Positions 55,101 to 64,000 of a stretch of 64,000 nucleotides of DNA are shown here, one piece after another. Under the pieces are notes generated by a model. The model did not search any database. It saw nothing but the letters and a program-made list of their open reading frames with translations, and was not told the DNA's origin. The stretch is taken from positions 4,496,741 through 4,560,740 of the forward strand of contig OZ037768.1 in assembly GCA_964035545.1 (NCBI GenBank), in the 5' to 3' direction. The first letter of the stretch is position 1; the number at the start of each line of letters is the position of its first letter. The translations under genes were made by a program, and so were the position numbers. The stretch comes from Bugula neritina (taxonomy: Eukaryota > Animalia > Bryozoa).

Positions 55101-58100
55101 CCAGCTTAGTCTGTCTACAGCCCTTAAACGTGTGCGAAATATTGGTTTATCAGAGTGGACAGGGTTAGTCATAAAATTATTATGATTGAGAAAACTGTTA
55201 GCTATGACTAGAATATAGAAAATTCTTGAATAAAAAATATTTTCATTTGTTATAAAACGCTAAAAAATGGAGTTGATACAAAAACTGGTTAAACTTATGC
55301 TAAAATCTATAAAGCAAGAATCTAAACTTTGTTTCATTAACTTAAAATTATATAACTTCATGCAGTTAAAATATTTATATACCACATAAATGCATGCCTC
55401 TTTTTAGGAATCCAATACAATCTACTGGAGAATTTTATTGTGGGCTCACTCCAACCAATGGTACGAGTTTAATTACATTTTCTTAAGTAACCTGAATGTG
55501 TACCTTTTAGCTTATTATTATTCTAAGCATATGTATATTATGTATATCTGAGCATTTTACGTATACTTGTAAGAAAACCTACTAAGATGTAAAACTGCCT
55601 TCATCTTGTAGATACTCACTACTTTAGTTGGGAGGTTAAAGAGGCACAGGATGCTGTAACTGAGTTTCACGAAGCAGGTCTTGTCACTATGAGTAACATC
55701 AGAGTGAAGACGAGACCGTGTGTTCTGTACGCCTCCCGGAGATGTTAGTATACTCTTTCTGTAATGCTATGCTTTAGCTCCCGTATTCATAGTTGGGTGT
55801 ACACTGTTAGCTTGTAAAAACCTGCTGTTATACATTAGTGTATTTTAACAACATGATTTGGAAATGTTTTAATTGTTTTCTAAAATTAATGATGTACACG
55901 TGTCTTTCAGCCTGTGGCGGTACACCTAGCAGATACTCTAGCCGAGGGCTGCAATGTAAAGTGCCAACACCTAGTAGCAGGAATTCGGGTAGCATACCAG
56001 GTTCACCAGGTAGAGATGGTTCACCAGGTGAGCGTGGTGAACCAGGTCAGCGTGGTGAACCAGGTGCACCTGGCCAAGATGGTGCACCTGGTGCTCGAGG
56101 TTTTGATGGGCAAGATGGTGCCCCAGGTGCCCCAGGCAGAGATGGTGCAGCTGGACAGCCAGGCCAGCAAGGTGCGTCAGGTCAGCGAAGCCGAGCAGGT
56201 CAGCGTGGCCAAGATGGTGCACCAGGCTCACCTGGCCGAGATGGTGCACCTGGCCAGGCTGGTGCTCCAGGTTCTCCTGGATCAGCTCAGGAAACAAACA
56301 CACTGAGGACATACTTCCCGGACACCTGGTTGTGGGACCTCATTGACATTCAGTGAGTCCTTCAACTTATTTTATATTCTATTCACCGTAATAGACTTTC
56401 TGTCTTTTAACAAATACAAATACAAGATTTTAATTTCATGAAATACATATAAGAAAAGGCTCCCTTTATAGAAAATACTGTTTTAGACCTTCTGGTGAAG
56501 CTACGGTACCATCCACTGTGCCAGGTACCATTACTGAGTGGGTTGGTAATGCTGTCTGTATGAGTGATGCTGACGGAATAGGAATATCTCCACCAGCTTC
56601 CTTGATAGCCTTCCAGCCTTTCTTTGTATCAATGAACTTACCGTATTCAGTTATTAGAGATGAACAAGTACCAGTAGCTGTGACTGTCTCCAACTACCTC
56701 TCCAAGTGTATGGCTGTAAGTTAACAGCACATCTCAGGTTTTCACTTCACTGTTATGGTAGCAGGTTGAAATAACCATATCAAATTGATTTCAAATATAA
56801 TAGCTGCAAATATATTTAATTATAACACCAATTATATGGCCATTAACTCACAAAAGCTTGGGTAAAGTATACATGTTTTGATGTAAGCAAAAAAAGACTG
56901 TCATGTCCTTACACATGCCTATAGAGAAAATAGGCAAATACATTTTGGTTTAAAAACTAAAATAGTTCTATTTTTGTAATATAATTATATAAGTTAATTG
57001 ATAACATACTTTGCAGGTGTCATTGAGTATAAACCCATCTTCAGAGTATGAAGTCAAAGGCAAACCTACAGGGTTCACCTGTGTATGTGGTCAAGATACT
57101 GCTACTAAGACTTTTACTATCATCATGAGAGAAATTGGTGACGTCAACGTTTCCATTACTGTAAGTTAGATTATTTGTTTACTCTTATAGCAATAATATA
57201 AATATTATAAATTTATTTATGCAGTAAATAATGATGTTGTATGCTGTACAGTGTACATAATGTAGAATATATAATATATTATATTATCAATTGTAATACT
57301 GTTATATACTATGAATGCTGTGTATATGTGCGTGTGTGTGCGTGTGTACGTGTGTGTGCGTGTGTGTGTGTGTGTATAATGATCATAATAATTAACTCAC
57401 AACTGTATAATTATAATGTGTATGCAATTTCTATAAAATATTTACCTGCTGTATCTTAGGCTGAGGTTGTAAACAATCCCTCGATATGTTCCGGAGCTGA
57501 AATGTCTTCTCGTATCGGGATGAGTGACACTGTAATCAGACCTCTGATTGTTGAACCTGAAGGAGCTCCCAGAGACTATACAATCAGTGACTTTGTCTGT
57601 ATGACTAGACCAGATACAGGTAAGTTGTCTGTATGACTAGACCAGATACAGGTAAGTTGTCTGCATGACTAGACCAGATACAGGTAAGTTGTCCGTATGA
57701 CTAGACTAGATACAGGTAAGTTGTCTGTATAACTAGACCAGATACAGGTAAGTTGTCTGCATGACTAGACCAGATACAGGTAAGTTGTCTGCATGACTAG
57801 ACCAGATACAGGTAAGTTGTCCGTATGACTAGACCAGATACAGGTAAGTTGTCTGTATAACTAGACCAGATACAGGTAAGTTGTCTGCATGACTAGACCA
57901 GATACAGGTAAGTTGTCTGTATGACTAGACCAGATACAGGTAAGTTGTCAGCTTAGAGGATGACAATGTTGAAATTTTATAGCCACGTCATTTTTGCTAG
58001 TCATTCCAATGTATGCTATATTTTTGTTGTAACTTAAACTCATGCTTTGTTTTAGTGTTTCTAATAAAATATCGAATTAATTGTACTGAATCACCAAAAA

Positions 58101-61100
58101 TTAATGATGACTTTTAAAGCACTGTTACTGGCGTTTGTATACTGAATCAAAGCTGTTTTAAATTTGACTAATTTTAAACTTAATTGAGAATCGTCATTTA
58201 AAAATAGATCTTTTTCAAGTAACCATATAGAATAATAAAATATAACTCATCTGCCATAAAATTAAGAAGTTGTGTTCCCAGATAAACTAGATTTTCTTTG
58301 CTTCCAGGTACTAATGCAGTGTACTCCACATATTCAAGCAATTACGAACTTCTTTTACCTGAGTCATTCGACATGGTTGATGGTTCTGAGCGAGCATTTG
58401 TCAAAGTGGTTGGGGACGTCATGGGACCAGCCCTCGCCAATTTCCAACACTTATTGAGAATGCCATATGGCTGTGCTGAGCAGACTATGGTCTCGTTTGC
58501 TCCCAACATATTTGTACTCAAGTACCTTGAAGCTATCAATAAAGACAATGGGGAAGTGAGAGCAAAGGCTATCAGATACATGAAATCAGGTACCTAGCTT
58601 GTCTACTAACTCATTTTCATGCAATAAAGTGTGTTTTCTGAAAAAAATTCTCTGATCCTATCAAAAAGAACAATTCAATATGTTATAAGTGACTACTAAA
58701 ACAAGTAGTTTTGTATACATATTGCATACTTTATTGTCAAAACTGGTAAAAATGTATCATAATAAAGTAGTTTTACCATATTTCTTTATTATGCCTTCAA
58801 ATAATTTATCTTTTGAACAATTTCAATTTGCTTGTTTTACCCTTGTGACTGAAAACCATTTCTAATGACAAGGTCAAGCTTCTATTATTCTATAAAAGTT
58901 AAAATTTTACTGTATTAATTGGTTGTACTTTCAGTAAAAAATGATTTTATTGACCTAATGAAAAATGACTGCAGCAAACTTCAAATTTTCTAATAAGTTG
59001 TAGTTTGCATCATACATAGCGTTACAATTAGGCTTGGTGCAGTTTTTCCTCAACAAACTGCAAGTTTCTTATTTTTAACAGCTTATTAATAAGATTGATG
59101 ACTTATCATTCCAGGGTACCAGAAAGTGCTGACGCATGCACACAGAGACCAGTCCTACAGCTCTTTTGGCACTTACCGGCCAAATTCACCAGGCAGCATG
59201 TGGCTGACGGCGTTTATAGTCAAATGTTTTGGATTGGCGCAGCCCTACATCTACATTGATAAATCAATCCTGTCTAAAAGCATAGATTTCTTTGTTAGAC
59301 ACCAGGATAACGATGGCTGTTTCCCTCAGGTTTGTTGCCTTATAAATAACTTCTATTGATCCATGCATAGAGAAAAACTTAATAGTTTATAGTCACTACC
59401 CCTGTGAGAAACCCTGCATGGTGGAAAGGTTTTTTTTGAAACGGGCTAAGGACTTATTGATATGTGGCATAGAAGCAATTACGACTGGATACTCTTTTTA
59501 AAGTCACCAATGGCCTTTGAACCCATGACTACAGGTTTACTACGCCAACGCTCTAACCCCTAGACCGCTGAGGTTTCTTAAAAATAGACCATCATATCTA
59601 TACTATAATATTCCATCACAATAATATAATACAGAGCTGAGCACTGTTATGCGTATTCATGTATATATCAGCCTGTCTTGTTGTAGATTGGTACAGTACA
59701 CAACAAGTATATGCAAGGGGGATTTGGACAGTCTAGGAATAATACTAACAAAGCAGCACTCACAGCATTTGTAGCCATTGCAATGCTAGAGTCAGGAGTA
59801 GAGAGAACAGAGCAGTCACTAGTTAATGCATTCAGATGTATTGATCAACAGACATATGATGATGCCTATACACTATCTATAGTAGCCTACGCTTACTCCA
59901 TATTTGATGATTCCACTGTGGGGGCGGTTATGTCCTATCGCAGACTGATGAGCATGGCTAAAGGTAAGTAAAGTGCCGAGTTTCTGTTGTAGGTTTCATG
60001 CAACTCTTGGATTAGTTTCTGAAATGGATCATTAAATTTCTACTTCGTATTGTCATCAAATTTACAATTTCTTTATATTTGTAATTAAAAAAGGTTTGCA
60101 AATTACATATAAAATTGGGGGTTTTTCAGAAAAAAAACATTTCATATGAGCAGAAAGCTTAAAACTTATTAAATTTACTCGGCATAAAAATAAGTCTGAT
60201 AAATTTAAAAGATATAGAAAAGTAAAAGTGTCACATGAACACGTTATGTAAGGTTGAATTATACTTTAAAGATGCACCACATTTCCGCTACTTTGTTTCC
60301 GTACACTGCAGAATATGTGTATAAACTTGCAGTACACAAAACATTATGTTGATTCAAATCAGTCAGTTTAAAGTTTTCCAAAGATGCAGAAAATGGCAAT
60401 AAGTCTTTAGACATATTTCACATCAGCCATACACCCTAAAAGATTTTTTAAAAATTTTCGAGGTAAGGAAAAGAAAAATATTTAGTAAATACAATTGTCG
60501 CTCATACTATAGCATTACTTTGTATTACTAAATGAAAAGCTAAATATGCATCAATATGTTATACAGTGAACGGACCACTCACTTATTGGAAAGCCAACGA
60601 GAACGAGCCAGAAGAACCAATAATACACTGGTGGTACTACAGACCCAGATCTGCTGATACTGAGACCACAGCGTATGCTCTGCTTACCAAACTCAACACT
60701 AGACTCTCTGTCCAGCAGAAGATCTCTGAAGGTCTTCCTATAGTCAGATGGCTCTCCACACAGAGAAACCCGTGGGGAGGGTTCGGATCTACCCAAGATA
60801 CGGTCATTGGTTTACAGGCTTTATCTGAATACGCTTCACTCATCTACCACGATGGACTTCAAGCTTCTATCGTAGTATCGGAAACTGCAACAAATAACCA
60901 AGTTGCTACGTTCGAATTGAATGATGTCAACAGTATCGTGGAATATACTGAGAAAATTCCAAGGGTTACAAATCTCACACTGAGCTCTACAGGCAAAGGG
61001 TGTTTTCTTATGCAGGTATTGAAGAGTCCATGTTACTGTATTGTATACATTATATCATATTGCCTTTAGCACCTTTTCATAACAACGTGGAAATGGTGCA

Positions 61101-62891
61101 GCTATACCCCCCTATTATATTTACATAAACATAACAATTCCTATTGCTTTTGAACTGATTGAAGTTAAATTTTATATTAGGACAAATTACTGTATATTTA
61201 CCAACATCCTGAAATATTATAATGAATATAAGCAGATCTTTCTTGACTCACTGATTGCAGGTGAATGTGAGATATAATATTAACAAGCCTGACAAAGATA
61301 GGCAAGCTTTTCACACTACATCAAGAGCTTTTAATAAAAGAGAGTCTACAAATGTCTGCAAAGGAAAGCAACTCCGAATATGTACCAAGTTAGTTATTGG
61401 TATATTGTGTACCTGTATAAAACTGCATATAAACTATTGTTTTGACATTAAATACATTCTAAAATTTATAAAATATAATTCTTTTCAAGAAATATTGATG
61501 GATAATAACCAACAAGAGATACGTAATTTAAAGAGTTAATTTACTGTATATTCGAATTGTATAGATATAAGCATATCATGTACTGAACTTGCATGGTGTT
61601 TTTGTTGAGGTTCTTGAATTTAAAAACCCAGGAAAAACATGCTATAGTATATTTACACTGCAGGTATACTGGAGAAGGCGGTGTGAGTAATATGGCAATA
61701 ATTGAAGTCAAGATGGTTTCTGGCTGGGCCGTGGACAAGGACAACCTCAAATCACTGGTTAAAAATAAGGAAACTGGTATAAGAAGATATGAAGTAGAAA
61801 AGTCAGGAACAATTCAGCTTTATTTTGACTCTGTAAGTGACTGATTTGTACTCATGTACTTATCTGTAGCGTGTAAGGAACTTTGCCTCTAGCCTTTGTA
61901 TAGCAGTTAGCCAATTGATGTCAAATGGAAATTGTTCATATTAATACTTTAATAATAATGCTGTAGCTGTTCCAAATTTCTTCCATTTCATTCTATTAAC
62001 AAATACACATATCTATTACGTTAATCTCTCTAAAGGATGAAAATAGGATGCTTTATGTTTTAGTTGGGAGCTGCTGAAAAATGTTTTTCTCTAAATATTA
62101 CACAACATACAGATGTGAAAAATGCTAAGCCAGCTGTTGTTACAACATATGACTACTATAAGACTGGTAAGTAGTACTAACTGAATATTGACAATAGATT
62201 ACATTTTACAATGATTAAAATACCTACATACAGTTGAGTACTTTGGCACTGTAATAAACTAGACTATTTATCCTTACCATCAACACATGCAGAAGTTGCT
62301 GCTTGGTTTATCAACTTGAACATTGCATCTTACAGTACAACCTATACAAGTAGAGCAGGTATTAGAGAATTATCTGCTCTATATCATCACCACAACAGTA
62401 TTGTTTAGAGCCAAACCTGTTTGAATACTGATGCAAAATATTATGTAGTGTGATTAAGTTAAAGTTAAAATATTGTTTTTCAACATGCACGTTTTCTATG
62501 AACTTTGAATAAAAAAATGTTTGCATTACGTAACTGGTGATATATTCAACATCTATGTTATACTTATTATAGAGTAAAAACTGAGTAGCATCTAAAGATT
62601 TATCACATCATGAAAAATAAGCAGTTTAATATAAAACTATATATTTATATGAGCAATAGGTCTGCAATTCCTTTTGTATTTAAACAAGTAAATAATGGTT
62701 TTGTAGAGTTAAGACAAGAGCTGGAGTATGAACTTCCTGCCTGTTATGAGATCAACAACTCAACATCAACCACAGTACCAGTGACTACAGCTTCAGTGAC
62801 TACAGTACCAGTGACTACAGTACCAGTGACTACAGTACCAGTGACCACTACTCAGAATCAAACTCCCACTTCTAACCAAATACAAGTCTAA
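46386..62891 (+). CDS. Alpha-2-macroglobulin-like thioester protein, copy 2, with a collagen-like bait region and Thr-rich tail
   Basis: Signal exon [22 protein letters not shown] (46386-46459) preceded by TATATAAAG at ~46336. Same exon series as copy 1: [45 protein letters not shown] (58469-58483), GGFGSTQDT. No frameshift found in the exons I traced; stop ends at 62891. Confidence 0.93.
46808..47003 (-). mobile_element. tRNA-derived SINE
   Basis: Reverse strand reads GCAGCTGTGGTCTAGGGGTTAAAGC...GGGTTCAAACCCC (A/B boxes) plus a body shared with the other copies. Confidence 0.85.
52080..52133. repeat. (AT)n microsatellite
   Basis: Visible. Confidence 0.95.
52925..53110 (-). mobile_element. 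tRNA-derived SINE
   Basis: Shares CCCTGTGAGA..CCCCTGATG..GGACTT..TCACCAATGGCCTTT..GAACC..CTCTAACC.CTAGA with the other copies. Confidence 0.85.
55911..56352 (+). CDS. A2M copy 2 bait exon containing a (Gly-X-Y)32 collagenous tract (56000-56287)
   Basis: Phase 1 to 2 exon ending in [15 protein letters not shown]; 21 GXY + SRA + 10 GXY. Confidence 0.92.
57325..57376. repeat. (TG)n/(TGCG) microsatellite
   Basis: Visible; the paralogous intron in copy 1 (~40153-40165) has only a short TG run. Confidence 0.9.
57593..57949 (+). repeat. 32-bp tandem array duplicating an exon end plus splice donor, 11 copies
   Basis: Unit TTGTCTGYATGACTAGACCAGATACAG|GTAAG; donors at 57620 + 32n up to 57940. Confidence 0.96.
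59388..59570 (-). mobile_element. tRNA-derived SINE (small internal deletion)
   Basis: Same family motifs (ATAGTCACTACCCCTGTGAGAAACCC...GGCTAAGGACTT...TCACCAATGGCCTTT...CTCTAACCCCTAGACC). Confidence 0.85.
62768..62850 (+). repeat. Coding 15-bp repeat encoding (TTVPV)n
   Basis: ACTACAGTACCAGTG units in the last exon of A2M copy 2. Confidence 0.88.
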
Positions 62892-63614
62892 CTCCATACA
62901 CACTACAGCCAATTGAAAAATTGAATTTTATCAAAAACAAAATTTATTAATCTATATTTAATCAAGATTATTCATACATGCATATGTAAAAGATATACAT
63001 CTTGTCTTATATTTCAAAAATATGGAAATGTCAGAAATAATTAATTTACTAGATGTTGGATACCATCAGCTATACTCCCACTTTTTCTCTGTTATTATCT
63101 GCATATACTAGGTATAAGAGAAAACTTAGCTTACTGTCAAATAGCCGCAATTATATCCTAGCTTAACTAAAATGCACAAATAAACTCATTTTATAAACTT
63201 CAGAAAACGTATTAAACTTCAACACACAATCTGCAACAAACCATCACAATAATATGTTGTTTTAATGAATGTCTTTTAGAGAGAGAGATTTCAAAGAGGT
63301 TGAATGAACCAAACTAAACTCACTGAAAATAACCAGCGATTACACAGATTTAATGAGCATAATACTGATAGCACCATTTCATTTTAGCCTAAACTGAAAA
63401 ATTCACTAAATTCAGTCTACTGAGTTTTATACAGAGCATACGCGGCAGCAGCTAGCATATATTATGTCTATAAGCAGTTTAGCAGCAGCAATTTATCTAG
63501 CGTTGTATCAGATAAGAGTTAATATCTATTTTGTGACCAGCACAATGTAACTAAGCATACTGCATGCTGCAGCTGTAATTTCTCAGAGTGATAAAGCTAC
63601 AGAGTAAGAAGGCG

Positions 63615-63774
63615 TTATTTCTCTATAAGTGATAGCGCTAATATCTTCTCCAACTCTTCCTGCTCATTGCGTTCCATCGCTTCTCTGTCTGTAATGGACC
63701 TTTGAGCTTGTTGATTTGAGATTTCTAAGGCCATCGCCAACTGTGAATCATAGTCTAATGGGTGGTTTGGGTGG
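63615..63774 (-). CDS. ANKRD13: Terminal exon of an ANKRD13-family protein (tandem ubiquitin-interacting motifs); rest of gene lies outside the window
   Basis: After a TGCAG acceptor: HPNHPLDYDSQLAMALEISNQQAQRSITDREAMERNEQEELEKILALSLIEK*. Two UIMs and the SL-x-EK ending are typical of ANKRD13A/B/D. Confidence 0.8.
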
Positions 63775-64000
63775 CTGCAAATGTAATTAATAAAACACCA
63801 TCATAAATTTTTTAAAGTTTTGTATCTATGATATAAATACTAAACAGGATAGCTTCTTTTTATGCTAAACATAGTGACAACATATTCCCAACTTAATACC
63901 TGATGATAATCAACCACATCAAATAAAAATTAAAATGTACATTGAAATAGTGCAAGTATAGCAGTTGTAGGTTATATATGTAGATAGTTATATAGAGTAG

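Noticed and set aside
55914-56312. Overlapping 130-aa (+) and 113-aa (-) ORFs
   Set aside because: Shadow frames of the GC-rich GXY repeat.
55838-56356. Independent collagen gene
   Set aside because: The GXY tract is in frame with the A2M motif [10 protein letters not shown] and has phase-compatible splice sites; no collagen propeptide exons are nearby.
57593-57949. 32-bp array as a CRISPR locus
   Set aside because: No unique spacers; it is a head-to-tail duplication of an exon end in a eukaryotic gene.
39279-61750. Minus-strand ORFs repeated in both A2M copies (e.g. METVTATG..., MSEAYSDK...)
   Set aside because: Antisense shadows of near-identical coding exons.
31084-62891. A2M pair as a haplotype or assembly duplication, or as complement C3 / CD109
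   Set aside because: N-terminal exons and most introns are too diverged to be alleles; no anaphylatoxin, C345C or GPI-type tail was seen.

Overview
AT-rich, intron-rich eukaryotic DNA from an invertebrate animal (species not determinable from sequence alone). I reconstructed exons by hand from GT/AG boundaries and reading-frame phase. Gene order: TADA2A (+, 5' end outside the window, ends 8547); a 3-exon type-I membrane protein whose ectodomain resembles the TMEM145/GPR180 N-terminal GOLD-like domain (-); an orphan amidated neuropeptide precursor (+); YPEL5 (-) head-to-head with metaxin-2 (+); two tandem intact alpha-2-macroglobulin/thioester protein genes (31084-43758 and 46386-62891, +); and the last exon of ANKRD13 (-). 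The most notable system is the A2M pair. Copy 1 has two mutually exclusive bait-region exons. Copy 2 has a bait region made of 32 collagen Gly-X-Y triplets, a candidate collagen-mimic trap for collagenases. The paralogs are a patchwork of near-identical tracts (MG6, MG7, CUB, TED) and strongly diverged tracts (N-terminus, bait, C-terminus). Copy 2 also carries an array of 11 tandemly duplicated splice donors. Four copies of a tRNA-derived SINE and several mini/microsatellites are present.
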